Assembly: GCA_965226495.1 (NCBI GenBank)
Contig: OZ245365.1
Coordinates: 4,800,001 to 4,864,000, forward strand
Length of the DNA stretch: 64,000 bases
From: Candidatus Marinacidobacterales bacterium
GTDB taxonomy: Bacteria > Acidobacteriota > Vicinamibacteria > Marinacidobacterales > DATDRI01
Direction of reading: 5' to 3'
The notes under the pieces were generated by a model. It did no database searches, was not told the origin of the DNA, and saw nothing but the letters and a program-made list of their open reading frames with translations. The position numbers were made by a program, and so were the translations under genes. Shown here one piece after another: positions 32,826 through 43,900 of this stretch (its first letter is position 1; each line of letters starts with the position of its first letter).

Positions 32826-34013
32826 TCACGATAGCAATCCGCGGCGGCGGCCAACCGCGGCAAAGGCATCGATCGCCCGGTCGAGGTGCTCTCGCTCGTG
32901 GGCGGCAGAGATCTGTACGCGGATCCGCGCTTTGCCCTTGGGAACGACCGGATAACTGAAGCCGATCACGTAGATCCCGCCTTCCAGAAGCTCACTCGCC
33001 ATGTCTTGGGCAAGCCGGGCGTCGCCTAGCATGATCGGCACGATGGGATGCGTGCCTTCCTTGATTTGGAACCCTTTCGCCGTCATCGCCTCCCGAAAAT
33101 AGCGGGTGTTCCCTTCGAGTTTTTCTCTCAGCTCGGCACTCGAGCTCAAAAGATCGATAGCCCTCAAGCCGGCCGCGACGACTGCGGGCGCGAGCGTGTT
33201 AGAGAAGAGATAGGGTCGGCTCCGTTGCCGCAAGAGCGCGATGATCTCTTTCCGACCGCTAGTGAACCCACCCGACGCACCACCCAGTGCCTTGCCCAAG
33301 GTGGAGGTGATGACGTCGACCCTCTCGGTGACACCGAAGAGCTCCGGTGTTCCTCGACCCGACTTGCCGACGAAGCCTGTCGCATGAGAGTCGTCCACTA
33401 GCACCAACGCGTCGTAGCGGTCGGCGAGCTCACAGATGGCGTCGAGGGGAGCGAAAGTTCCGTCCATGCTGAAGACGCCGTCGGTGGCGATGAGCCGCAT
33501 CCGGGCCGCCTCGGATCTCTTCAACTTGTCCTCGAGATCCCCCATGTCGGCGTTCTTGTACCGAAATCGCTCCGCCTTACAAAGGCGGACGCCGTCGATG
33601 ATGCTCGCATGATTGAGCTCGTCGCTGATCACAGCGTCTTCTTCCGACAGTAGCGTCTCGAAGAGGCCACCGTTGGCATCGTAGCAAGAACTATAGAGCG
33701 AGGTGTCTTCGGTTCCCAAAAAGCAGGCGATCCGTTCCTCTAGCTCCTTGTGCTTGTCTTGAGTTCCGCAGATGAACCGCACCGAAGAAAGGCCGAAACC
33801 TCGTTCCTCCAGCCCGGCCCGGGCAGCGGCGACGATCTCGGGATGGCTCGAGAGCCCCAGGTAGTTGTTGGCGCAGAAATTCAATACTTCGTTTGTGGCG
33901 ACACGAATGGAGGCACCCTGAGGGGAGGTGAGCACCCGCTCCTCTTTGTAAAGGCCGGCCGCTTGGATCTCCGCTAGGACTCCGTTGACGATCTCGCGCG
34001 CGTTTCCATACAT
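32826..34013 (-). CDS. kbl: 2-amino-3-ketobutyrate CoA ligase (glycine C-acetyltransferase)
   Basis: [35 protein letters not shown] and [11 protein letters not shown] motifs. Confidence 0.97.
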   Translation of the reverse strand: MYGNAREIVNGVLAEIQAAGLYKEERVLTSPQGASIRVATNEVLNFCANNYLGLSSHPEIVAAARAGLEERGFGLSSVRFICGTQDKHKELEERIACFLGTEDTSLYSSCYDANGGLFETLLSEEDAVISDELNHASIIDGVRLCKAERFRYKNADMGDLEDKLKRSEAARMRLIATDGVFSMDGTFAPLDAICELADRYDALVLVDDSHATGFVGKSGRGTPELFGVTERVDVITSTLGKALGGASGGFTSGRKEIIALLRQRSRPYLFSNTLAPAVVAAGLRAIDLLSSSAELREKLEGNTRYFREAMTAKGFQIKEGTHPIVPIMLGDARLAQDMASELLEGGIYVIGFSYPVVPKGKARIRVQISAAHEREHLDRAIDAFAAVGRRRGLLS

Positions 34014-34152
34014 GCGGTCTCCTTCTTAGCGCCCGGCGCTTGGCCAAGTTCGGTCAAGCAACCCCCTCGTTTGGCGCCCCACGTTATGGCAACACCCCAT
34101 GGCGGCCTGAACGGGGCTCTATTCTATTCGGATGGAGAGGGAGAGGAAACGC

Positions 34153-35277
34153 CTAGAAGGGAGACGGATCCATGGGTGACTGATCCGCCGCTCGTTGGTT
34201 CAAGCTGCTGAATAGGTCTCCCAACAGAAGAAGGAAGGGGTGAACCGGATCTTCCGCCTGGGCTCCTTTTTGGCCTTTCAGCGGTCCGGTAGCCGTGTGG
34301 CGATAAGTCCGTAGGCGTTCAACGAAGCTGCTGAAAAGGATGTGATCGGATTCGCGCATGCCGGCTAAGGCGGGAAACTGCTCCGGGTGGAAGTCTCGGA
34401 GCAAGAACTGGATTCCCTCGAGCTGCTCTGGTCGGCGCTGTTCGTCGTAATCTCGGACTCGAGAAATCAGCTCACCGAACCAGCTCAGGAAGTGATCCAG
34501 GTCGAGATGGTTCTCGAGATCGCGCTTGAAGAGACTTTTCCGCGTCAAGGTTTCGTCGAAAAGGGTCAGTTGCTCGAACATCACGAAAGAAAAACTCTCC
34601 TGCACCTCGTTCAGCCGCAGCGCTAGGTCATCGACTACTGTGGTGATCCGGGCTTCCAACAATTCCCTTCCCTCTTCGCCCTCCGGGAGCTCTCTTTCAA
34701 AAGGTACGAACTTCCGTACCCATCGATCGAGCCCCATACGGAGGAACCTGAGATCGCCGGCGAGATCTCGAACCCGCTGCCCGTAGAGACCGCGGATTTG
34801 CTCCGCGCTTCCAGAAAAGGGGCAACTGGCGAAGAACGCTTCGATCTGCTGTAGCCGTCTCCCGATCGCGAAGAGATATTGCCCCAAGACCTCCACGTGA
34901 GAGTCGTAGACCCGCCGCGCTTCGGAGAGATCTTCACCGGATCGGAACATCAGCGTCTTTAACTCTCTTCGGATGCGCTCGATGCCGATGAAGGCTTCGG
35001 AGGAGAGGAGCGACCCTATCTGCAGCACTCCGTCCAACAAATAGTGGGCGACTTCTTGATCCCGAATCTCACTCAGACAATGATTGATCGTGTCGAAGGA
35101 GGTCTCGCGAAAGAGATATTCGAACGCGGCGTGCTCCCGGCCTTCGCTCAGACGATCGAGCAGAGGTGCACAGATGGGCCCCTTCCCCAAAATGTCTCGC
35201 AGCACCGGGTGGTTGATGCCCGTGCCGTTGCCATTTTGGAGAGAGGGATGTTCTCCCCGCTGCGCCTGAGGTTGCAT
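34153..35277 (-). CDS. Hypothetical alpha-helical protein
   Basis: 374-aa ORF filling the gap, with protein-like composition and no recognised motif. Confidence 0.7.
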   Translation of the reverse strand: MQPQAQRGEHPSLQNGNGTGINHPVLRDILGKGPICAPLLDRLSEGREHAAFEYLFRETSFDTINHCLSEIRDQEVAHYLLDGVLQIGSLLSSEAFIGIERIRRELKTLMFRSGEDLSEARRVYDSHVEVLGQYLFAIGRRLQQIEAFFASCPFSGSAEQIRGLYGQRVRDLAGDLRFLRMGLDRWVRKFVPFERELPEGEEGRELLEARITTVVDDLALRLNEVQESFSFVMFEQLTLFDETLTRKSLFKRDLENHLDLDHFLSWFGELISRVRDYDEQRRPEQLEGIQFLLRDFHPEQFPALAGMRESDHILFSSFVERLRTYRHTATGPLKGQKGAQAEDPVHPFLLLLGDLFSSLNQRAADQSPMDPSPF

Positions 35278-35392
35278 GAGCTCGATGATGAATTTGGAGT
35301 TACCAGTGGAACTTAGTCATCCACCGGCATGAAAATCCTGGGGCACAATATAGCAGCGGGCGGGCTCCGTTGTCAACGACGGCCGTCACAGA

Positions 35393-35791
35393 TCAGTACC
35401 GTCTTCCCAGATAATCCGCCAGGATGTCTCCATGGTCGAAGGCAAGCTCGGCGGGAAGGGCGACTCGTGGGAATACCCGCGCCTCCGCGGCGTCGTCGGC
35501 GCCCTTGGGCTCCCCTTCGGCACGGCCAATGAAAACGACCGAAACCGTATGCCCTCGCGGATCCCGGCCCGGATCCGAGTAAACGTGGAATTGGCGAACG
35601 AGCTCCACAGAGAGGCAAGTCTCCTCAAGTACCTCTCGAACCGCAGCTTGCTCCACCGTTTCCCCGGCATCGACGAATCCGCCCGGCAGGGCCCAGCCGG
35701 GCGGAGGACTTTTTCTACGAATCAAAACGAGGTCTTCGCTACCCAGTTCGATGATCACGTCGACTGTAAGGCAAGGCTGGCGATTGGTCAC
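35393..35791 (-). CDS. NUDIX hydrolase
   Basis: Nudix box [22 protein letters not shown]; RDPRGH and LAFDH. Confidence 0.95.
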   Translation of the reverse strand: MTNRQPCLTVDVIIELGSEDLVLIRRKSPPPGWALPGGFVDAGETVEQAAVREVLEETCLSVELVRQFHVYSDPGRDPRGHTVSVVFIGRAEGEPKGADDAAEARVFPRVALPAELAFDHGDILADYLGRRY

Positions 35792-35919
35792 CCATGGTCT
35801 CCTAAAGCGGTCATCTTGTACCTTTTACAGCAATGTACCAAAAAGTGAACCATGTGGGGGCTAGGAGACGCGACCGCACCGCAATTCCCTCCGCCACTGG
35901 CTGTTTGGGACTCGATTTC

Positions 35920-35935
35920 TGGCACGTGAATTGCT
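35920..35935 (+). promoter_or_regulatory. Sigma54 (-24/-12) promoter
   Basis: TGGCAC-GTGAA-TTGCT, an exact consensus, 28 bp before ATG 35964. Confidence 0.8.
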
Positions 35936-35963
35936 TTAACAACGGGTTGAGGCGAGGTGGAAC

Positions 35964-36188
35964 ATGTTTCGACAAATCGTCACACGAATCGACGAGCTCA
36001 AGCAGCGGCTATCCTACCTCCGTTGCCAACATAACGATGCCATGACCTTAATCGCCATAGAGGCAGTCGAGCAGGAGCTTGCTCGCACCGCGGCACGATT
36101 GCCTCGAGAATGGGATCTGGTCGCGAACGAGTCGCAAGACGCCGACGTCAACGAAGATGCCCAAGGCGGCTCACGATGGTGGCTTTGA
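35964..36188 (+). CDS. Small hypothetical protein (74 aa) behind a sigma54 promoter
   Basis: GAGGTGG RBS plus a sigma54 consensus upstream; helical N-terminal half. Confidence 0.65.
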   Translation: MFRQIVTRIDELKQRLSYLRCQHNDAMTLIAIEAVEQELARTAARLPREWDLVANESQDADVNEDAQGGSRWWL

Positions 36189-36393
36189 GTCGCCGAAAGT
36201 CTTGAAGATCTCCGCGCCCCAGCGCGGATAAACTCTCATCGAGCTTGCCCACGAGCTCGGCCAACTCCCTTTGCTCCAACTCCTTACGGGTCTCGAGAAG
36301 CCGGGCCCGAATCTTGCCGACGTCCCCGAGCTCAATGGTATTGAGTGTCGCGATCAAAGAATCCAAGCTCTGCAAACAAGACTCCCCTTTCAT
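36148..36393 (-). CDS. Small hypothetical helical protein (81 aa)
   Basis: ATG start with an amphipathic helical pattern; fills the gap upstream of queG. Confidence 0.6.
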   Translation of the reverse strand: MKGESCLQSLDSLIATLNTIELGDVGKIRARLLETRKELEQRELAELVGKLDESLSALGRGDLQDFRRLKATIVSRLGHLR

Positions 36394-36480
36394 GGTCTCG
36401 ATGCGCTTGCAACCGATCCTTGCGTCAAGCGAGCGAATCTCGCTATTCTACCTTTGCCGTGCCCTAAACAAGCCCTGGTC

Positions 36481-37659
36481 ATGACCACAACACCTTTGGC
36501 TCATCCGTTGTCGGAAGCCGACAGCCTGGAATTGAGAGAATCCATTCGTGCCAAGGGTCGAGGCATAGGATTCGACAAGGTCGGATTCGCTCCTGCCAAA
36601 CTACCAGAGCAAGAACCGCGGCTCGCGGAATGGCTCGAGCGCGGCTACCACGGTGAGATGCGCTGGATGATGCGCGACCCGGCTCGACGCACTGACGCCA
36701 GCCGAAGTCTCCCGGGAGCGGCGACTCTGGTTTGCTGTGCCCTGAATTACTACCAAGGAGAGCGCCCGCCTACGTCTTCGTTAGAAGGCGTCATCTCGAG
36801 CTATGCGCACGGAGAAGACTACCACCGTGTGCTCGAGGCGAAGCTTCGGACTTTGGCCGATTTCATTTTCGAGAAGTTCGATTTACCGAGCAAAACCTAC
36901 GTCGATACCGGTCCCTTATTGGAAAAAAGCTATGCGGTAGCGGCCGGGCTGGGATGGCTGGGTAAGCACTCCAACTTGATCTCACGCCAGGGCAGCTCTT
37001 GGTTCTTCCTGGGCGAGATACTCCTTCCTATTGCATTGCCAAGCGACCTTTCGGAAAGAGATCATTGTGGCACCTGCAGTCAGTGCATCTCCGCTTGTCC
37101 CACCGGAGCGATCGTCGAGCCCTATGTTGTGGACAGCGAACTCTGCATCTCTTACTTGACGATCGAGCTTCGCGGATTCGTTCCTCGCGAGCTTCGACCT
37201 CTCGTCGGCAACCGCATTTACGGTTGCGACGACTGCCAGGATGTTTGCCCTTGGAATCGCTTCGCCGTTAAAAGTGACGAAGCCGCTTTCTTCCCGAGGG
37301 AACCTCTCGCCTCTATGGATCTCATCGCCATGTTGCGGATGACCCACGAACAGTATCTGGCTGCCACCAAGGGCAGTGCCATACGCCGCGCCCGCTACCC
37401 GGGTCTTCTCCGCAACGTGGCGATCGCTCTCGGCAACTCCGGGGATCCTCGGGCGGTACCCGCCCTAGTGGAAGCGCTCGAACACACCGAAGCGCTGGTG
37501 CGTGGTCATGCCGCGTGGGCGTTAGGAGAACTCGAGCGACCCGAAGCGCTGACGCCGCTTCGCCGCCGTTTGGAACGAGAGGAAGAAAAACAAGTGTGGG
37601 AAGAGATCCGCTGGGCGATTTCCGAGCTGGAAGAATCTAGCGGGGCCGCGCCTCGATGA
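36481..37659 (+). CDS. queG: Epoxyqueuosine reductase
   Basis: YAHGEDYH, YVDTGP, GSSWFFLGE, CGTCSQCISACPT, CISYLTIE, GCDDCQDVCPWN and a HEAT-repeat tail. Confidence 0.97.
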   Translation: MTTTPLAHPLSEADSLELRESIRAKGRGIGFDKVGFAPAKLPEQEPRLAEWLERGYHGEMRWMMRDPARRTDASRSLPGAATLVCCALNYYQGERPPTSSLEGVISSYAHGEDYHRVLEAKLRTLADFIFEKFDLPSKTYVDTGPLLEKSYAVAAGLGWLGKHSNLISRQGSSWFFLGEILLPIALPSDLSERDHCGTCSQCISACPTGAIVEPYVVDSELCISYLTIELRGFVPRELRPLVGNRIYGCDDCQDVCPWNRFAVKSDEAAFFPREPLASMDLIAMLRMTHEQYLAATKGSAIRRARYPGLLRNVAIALGNSGDPRAVPALVEALEHTEALVRGHAAWALGELERPEALTPLRRRLEREEEKQVWEEIRWAISELEESSGAAPR

Positions 37660-39154
37660 CGATCGGATGATAGGGACTTCCTATTTCCCCCCCTTTACCA
37701 CCGTTACTCCTGTTGCTACCGTTCTCCCCCCACCCACCTGTCTCCGCGAAGACGCGATTATCGTAGGTGCGAATCGCCAAGGGCTCGGGGCGGGCGTCGC
37801 GAGAGCCGTATGTTATAGGGGTGATCTCCATGCGGTCGCCCTCGACGCGGACGAGTAGGAAGTGAAGCTTATCCTCGGCATTGGTCGCCTCTATTTTCTC
37901 GCGGCGAAGTAATTGCAGCGAGCCTCTCTTGCGTCCCCCCTCACTCTTTCCACCCGCGCCGGTCACGACGTAGCGAGTCGTCCTCAAGTAGCCTTCGGAC
38001 TCTTGCCGCGTCAGTTGGAAGTTGTGCACGTGTCCGCTGAAGGCGACTCGCACCTCTCCAGATGCGAGCAGGGGCACAAGCTCTCGCTCGAGCTCCATCA
38101 AGTTACGGTCCTTCACCCGAGGGCCGTAGTGGCCCGGCCCGGCGTTGAAGGGAGGGTGATGGAAGTAGGCGATCTTCCAAAGGGTGTCTTTCGCCCGTGC
38201 CAGCTCCGACTCGAGCCAAAGGCGCTGCTCGGAGACCCCTTCCCCACCGTATAGGGGCTGCCACGTAAGGTCGGCTCGGGTCTCTCGGTTTCTCGTCGTA
38301 TCTAGGCTCAGCAACTCGACATCTTTGCCAAAGCGCACGGCATAGAAACGGTCCGCGAAACGCGACGGTGTGCCGTCTGGAAGGATCGCCTCCGGAAGAA
38401 AAAAGTTGTCCCGATAGTGAAAAAGATCTTGCGTCGATTCGCTCTCACTGCCGTCGTGATTCCCTGGGGAGGGGAAGAAAGGAATCCGGCTCACCAGGGA
38501 TTGGTAGGGAACGAAGAATTTTTTGTAGAACTGCTCGTCGTCACTACCGGTAGAAACGAACAAGAAGAAATCGTAAAAGTTGTCACCCGTCGTCAGCACG
38601 AAGCGGACGGGGCTCCCGGCACGCTCACGTTCGTCTACCACCCGGCGCATGGTCTCCGCCAACCGAAACTGCTTCTTGCTCCCGGTACCGAAATCCCCGA
38701 GAACCAGAAACGAAAGAGCCCCCGAGTCCATGTCTGGCCCAGGGAAGCTTCGGAAACGGAGAAGCCCCTCTCGGCGGTAGACGGCATCCCCCCACGGCCT
38801 CCCGTTAACCCTCAGCTCATATCGGTAGTCCGTCGAGGGCTCGGGCAGCGGCACTTCGATCCAATTCCGTTCGCTAGCCGCAAAAGGGGAGCCAAGGATC
38901 GGCTCGCCGCTCTGACGATAGAAAACGTCGAGCTCCGCTGGCCCCAAAGGAAGCGACGACTGGCCGATCGTATTGCTTACGCCGCTGCGGGGACTCCCCC
39001 AAGCAACCACGACGCTTTGGTGGGTCAACCTCTGGAGGTAGATGAACTCGCGGGCGTTTTCCTCACGCGACGCGGTGCCTAAGGACACGACCACAATCGA
39101 CGCGATCGATAAGAACGGGGCGAGCCGGAAGGGATTCTTCACCAAGGCCAGCAC
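37637..39154 (-). CDS. Secreted metallophosphoesterase (purple acid phosphatase-like)
   Basis: GDFG, GDNFY, GNHD, HHPP and GHVH motifs; N-terminal signal. Confidence 0.9.
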   Translation of the reverse strand: MLALVKNPFRLAPFLSIASIVVVSLGTASREENAREFIYLQRLTHQSVVVAWGSPRSGVSNTIGQSSLPLGPAELDVFYRQSGEPILGSPFAASERNWIEVPLPEPSTDYRYELRVNGRPWGDAVYRREGLLRFRSFPGPDMDSGALSFLVLGDFGTGSKKQFRLAETMRRVVDERERAGSPVRFVLTTGDNFYDFFLFVSTGSDDEQFYKKFFVPYQSLVSRIPFFPSPGNHDGSESESTQDLFHYRDNFFLPEAILPDGTPSRFADRFYAVRFGKDVELLSLDTTRNRETRADLTWQPLYGGEGVSEQRLWLESELARAKDTLWKIAYFHHPPFNAGPGHYGPRVKDRNLMELERELVPLLASGEVRVAFSGHVHNFQLTRQESEGYLRTTRYVVTGAGGKSEGGRKRGSLQLLRREKIEATNAEDKLHFLLVRVEGDRMEITPITYGSRDARPEPLAIRTYDNRVFAETGGWGENGSNRSNGGKGGEIGSPYHPIVIEARPR

Positions 39155-39184
39155 GCCAGACCCAAAGAACTGCTACTTGGGGAG

Positions 39185-39610
39185 TTATTCGTTGAGAGGT
39201 TGCACCCCGACCTCGCCGAGCCAATCTAGAATCCTGCGCTCGACGACCTGCTCTTTAAATAGGGACCACTTCTCACGTGTTTCCGGCAGGTTGTCCAGGG
39301 TGTCGTTGAAGCGGGCTCGAGCCTCCTGCTCTTGGAGCGACGTACTGAGGAGCTTCCGGTCCCGACCTTCCAAAGTACCAACAAACTGATGGATTTCGCG
39401 AAACGGTACGAGCCGACGGGATAGAGGGATGGTTACGTACCGTTCCTCGGCAGTGAGCCTTTGCTCGTCTTCTTCCTCTTCCTCGTTCTCGAGATAGGTA
39501 GAGAAGAAGTGGACCTCTCCCGTATCTCGATCGAGATAGTAGCGGTGCTCCCGGGAATCATCCTCGAAAGCGTCCGCCAACTCCGACCAGTCCACTCTCA
39601 GTTGCTTCAT
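39185..39610 (-). CDS. UPF0158-like protein
   Basis: DWSELADAFE...YYLDRDTGEV...ERYVTIP pattern. Confidence 0.75.
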   Translation of the reverse strand: MKQLRVDWSELADAFEDDSREHRYYLDRDTGEVHFFSTYLENEEEEEDEQRLTAEERYVTIPLSRRLVPFREIHQFVGTLEGRDRKLLSTSLQEQEARARFNDTLDNLPETREKWSLFKEQVVERRILDWLGEVGVQPLNE

Positions 39611-39694
39611 ATTTCGACTCTCCCCCGATTTTCGCCCAAAGTGCGCCTTCGATCAAGACCGGCTTCTCGAAATGACGAGAAACAAAGGGCAGTC

Positions 39695-40792
39695 TCACTG
39701 CAGGTAGTCCATCGTACTGATATCCCAGTAGTTACGGAACGCCCCCGAATCGTATAGAGATAGAAACCTAGGGATGCGCTGCAAAACCATCGTGCTTCGG
39801 TGACCGGGCATGGCGGCGGGGTGGTTCAAACCGTAATCGAAGTAGGCTCGAATGAACAAACTGTTTTCGGTCAGCGGAAGAGAGCGCACGTTTTCGACGT
39901 ATTGTCGGAACCCTCCTTCACGAAGGATGTAAAACTCGACGTTCGAGACGTAGAACGCGGAAACTGTCTCTCCTCGTTGCCTCAGAAAGTCTCCGACCGC
40001 GCGGAGAGCGTGACCTCCCGCGAAGTCACCGACCACCGGAACCAGGCGCCCGTCCACAGCCAGCTCCCTCACATAACGGTAGTCTTCGAGCGATCCCAGA
40101 AAACCGCCTTGCAGCCCGGTCGGACCTTCCGCCATCAGCAAGGCTCGGTAGTCGGGATGGTAGGGCATCGGCGGGCGCCCGAAGCTACGGAACCGGATAC
40201 CGAGTTGGTCATCGAAAAACGACCGGTAGACGAAGCGAATGTGTTCTCGATCTTTCTTGGAGAGCGGAACGTTGAGTCGCCCGATATGATCGAAGATGTT
40301 CAGCAAGTTTTCTTCGAATAGCTCCGCGCTGGGTTGGCTCGACTCGAACGCGGCGACGACGTGCTCGAGCCTGGCCGTCGGGGCGGGCTCGTTTTCGCCC
40401 GCCACGGGACGACGCGAAAATAGCCAACACAAGTATTGGTAGGGGGTTTCTGCCCGTGACAGGACCGCGTTCAACAAAAGATGCTGGAGCATATTCTGCC
40501 TCCGAACATCCACGATGAAGGCCCACCGCGGGCGGACGCGCCCGATATAGGTGAAGTTCTGTTCCGGTCCCACACCAACGTAGCCCCCCCCAACCGGCCG
40601 CAGCTGCTCCACCACCTGCATGTAAGACGTCTCGTTGGAGATGATGTTATCGGTATCGAAGAACCCGCCCGGCTCGGACAGCGCTTGGATCAGCGTTGAA
40701 AGTTCGGGAACAGGTTCCTTTTCGGCCGGTCGGCTGCACGCCGTGACCAGTGTTAGAAGAAGAGCAAGGAGTTTCGGGGACAGGTGGTTCAT
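39695..40792 (-). CDS. Conserved hypothetical lipoprotein
   Basis: LVTAC lipobox; SEPGGFFDTDNIISNE, GVGPEQNFTY and FYVSNVEFY segments. Confidence 0.8.
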   Translation of the reverse strand: MNHLSPKLLALLLTLVTACSRPAEKEPVPELSTLIQALSEPGGFFDTDNIISNETSYMQVVEQLRPVGGGYVGVGPEQNFTYIGRVRPRWAFIVDVRRQNMLQHLLLNAVLSRAETPYQYLCWLFSRRPVAGENEPAPTARLEHVVAAFESSQPSAELFEENLLNIFDHIGRLNVPLSKKDREHIRFVYRSFFDDQLGIRFRSFGRPPMPYHPDYRALLMAEGPTGLQGGFLGSLEDYRYVRELAVDGRLVPVVGDFAGGHALRAVGDFLRQRGETVSAFYVSNVEFYILREGGFRQYVENVRSLPLTENSLFIRAYFDYGLNHPAAMPGHRSTMVLQRIPRFLSLYDSGAFRNYWDISTMDYLQ

Positions 40793-40935
40793 CTTTCCAG
40801 ATCTTGACACAACTGGGCGGGTAAATCGGGAACTGGTGTCCTTTTTCCGCTTAGGTAAATGGCCTGCGTCAGGCGGCTTCCAGTTCATGCTGGCCGTCAA
40901 ACGGTCGAGTTGCTGCTATCAACGAAGCCAGGCGG

Positions 40936-43900
40936 CTACCGGCCACGCTCGAATACCGAGTAGACGACCGGAATGAGGAGGAGTGTCAGCGCGGTAGAAG
41001 TCACGAGTCCGCCGATGACGGTGAGAGCCATGGGCGAGCGAAGCTCACTGCCCTCTCCGAGGCCGAGCGCCATCGGGAAGAGCCCGAGGACTGTAGTAGA
41101 AGTCGTCATCAAGATTGGCCGCAGTCGCGCTTGTCCGGCGTTTCGGAGTGCTTCCAACTTCGACTGCCCCTTCCGCCTCAGACGGTTGGTGTAGTCCACC
41201 AAGATGATGGCGTTGTTCACGACGATGCCCGCCAGCAGGATGACGCCGATGAGCACGACGATGCTGACGGTAACCTGAAAAAGATAGAGCGTTATCAGCA
41301 CTCCTATGAGGGAGAAAGGCACGCTGAACAAAATGACGAATGGATGAAGGAGCGATTCGAACTGCGATGCCATAACCAGGTAAACCATGAAGACCGCCAA
41401 CAAAATGGCAAAACGCATGCTCTGAAAAGACGTCTCCATCTCTTGCTGTTGCCCGCCCATGCGCCAATCGAACCCCGCGGGGAATGTCATCTGGTTGAGC
41501 GCTTGAAGAATTTCTTCCGAAGCCGAGCCCAGGTCGCGCTCCACGAGATTGGCCGTGATCAGCGCTACCCGATCGCCGTCGCCTCGGCGAATCTCCGCCG
41601 GCCCTTCAGCCTCGACGACTTCCGCGACCGCGGACAAAGGGATCGCCGTAGAGCCCGCGTGGGCAATGTTCAAGTTGGACAGATCGACCGTGCTGTCGCG
41701 GAATCGCTCCTCGGAGCGAAGACGAATGTCGATGGTTCGGTCTTCCCGGTTGATGTCCGTGGCAACGACCCCTAGCACCTTGGCGCGCACGATAGCCGCG
41801 ACGTCGCTCACGTTGTAACCGAACGAAGCGAGCCGGTCTCGATTGAACCGGATTTGCAGCTCCGGGTTACCCCCTTCGGTTGACGACTTGACGTCCACCA
41901 GGCCCGGCATGGTTCGCAAGCGCCCCATCAACTGGTCGGCCAAGCGCCCTAGCAACTTCAGGTTGTAGCCACGGATCTCTACCTCGATGGGAGTCTTGAA
42001 GCTAAAGTACGTGGGACGACCAAACCGATAGAGCATCTCCCCGTCCTGATCCAATGCGGAACGGAGTGACTCCATCAGACCGTCTTCCCTTTCTAGAGTC
42101 GCCGCGCCATCGATGGTGAGGGTAAGCTGCCCGATGTTCTCCCTCCTCTCCCCCGCAACGCCGCCCTGCTCGTTCGAGGCGCCGACGATCGCATAGACCG
42201 TACGCACACCTTCCAATTCCTCCGCAACACTCTCCAGATTAGCGAGGCGCCGGGATGTGACATCGAGGTGAGTGCCCGGAGGAAGCTCGGTGTTGACGAA
42301 GAACTCCCCTTGTATCAGCTCCGGAACGAGCTCTCGCCCCAGCTGCCCCAACAAGAACAAGCTGCCTGTGAAGAGCATCAATGTGATCAGGATCGTCGCA
42401 ACGCGGCGCCTCAAAACCACATCGAGAGCCCGAGGGTAGTTGAGAGTCACGAGCCCAAACGCCTTATCGAACCCTTTGGATGGGAGAAAAAGGATTCCGT
42501 AGATCACCGCACTTACGCTACGACCCACGACCTTAACGACCTGCACCAGGACCACTCCGAGGCGAAACGACTTCTCGCTGAGCCAGCGCCGCAATGAAGA
42601 TAGTTCGTGCTGAGACGCATCCTCCGGGACGCTCTGGTTCCATTCCCGCGAGGCCAGCATGGGAATGAGTGTCAAAGCCACGAAAAGCGAGACCCCTAGT
42701 GAGAACGCCACCGTGAGCGCCTGGTCGCCAAAGAGCTGTCCTGCCACACCCTCTACGAAGACGATGGGCACGAACACGCAAATCGTGGTGAGGGTACTGG
42801 CCACCACCGCCTGCCCCACCTCGCCGGCCCCGACCCGAGCCGCCTCCACGGCGTCGAGGCCTTCTTCCCGTTTCCGTTGAATCGATTCCAGAACAACGAT
42901 GGAGTTGTCCACCAGGAGACCAATACCCAGGGTAAGTCCTCCGAGGGACATGATGTTCAGCGATATGCCTGTGACGTACATCAAGAAAAACGTCGCCACC
43001 ACCGAAATGGGTATCGAGACTCCGATGATGGCCGTAGATTGGATGTTCCGAAGGAAAAGGAGGAGGATCAGAATGGCAAGGCTCCCCCCGATGACGGCAG
43101 TCTGCATCACCTCCTGGATCGACTGACGGATGTATCGAGCCTGATCGGTAATGACGGTGAATTGGAGATTTGGATCGAGCTGTGCCAGTTTCTGTCGGAC
43201 TTCCTCGAATCGCTCGGTGACGTCGCTCACCACGGTAACGGAATTCGTCCCACCTTCCTTGTAGACGCCGATCTCGACGCTCTCCCGGCCATTGATTCGA
43301 GTAATGACTTCTCGTTCTTTGTGTCCTTGGTATATACGGGCGATGTCTTCCAGACGTACCATCGCGCCGCCGGAGCTGTCCACGATGATCTGTCTCATGT
43401 CCGATGGGCGCTCGAACTCATTGATGGTGCGAACGAGATACTCGGTTTGGCCATCCTCCAAACGGCCGCCGGTAAGGTTGACGTTCTCTTGTGCCAACCG
43501 CGTGACTACTTCATTGATGCCCAACCCGAGGCCGGCAACGCGACGCTCGTCGATCTCGACATGGATCTCTTCTTCGAGACCGCCATTGACCAAGACCGCG
43601 GCCACGCCCTCCACACGCTCGAGTAAACGCTTCACCTCCTGCTCGGCGACGAGGCGAACCCGGATCAAGTCATCGTCACCGTAGAGACCAATGCGCATCA
43701 CCGGATCCAGAGAAGGATCGTAGCGAAGCAATATCGGCCGATCGGCATCGTCCGGCAGTTCCACCACATCCAACCGCTCGCGGACGTCGAGGGCGGCGAG
43801 ATCCATGTTGGTGTCCCAGCCAAACTCCAGAATGATCTCGCTGACGTTCATCCGCGAACTAGAGGAGACCTTCACCACGTTGTTCACCACGCCCACGGCA

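Noticed and set aside
36271-36480. Upstream extension of queG
   Set aside because: Overlaps an opposite-strand ORF and lacks QueG similarity; ATG 36481 is preferred.
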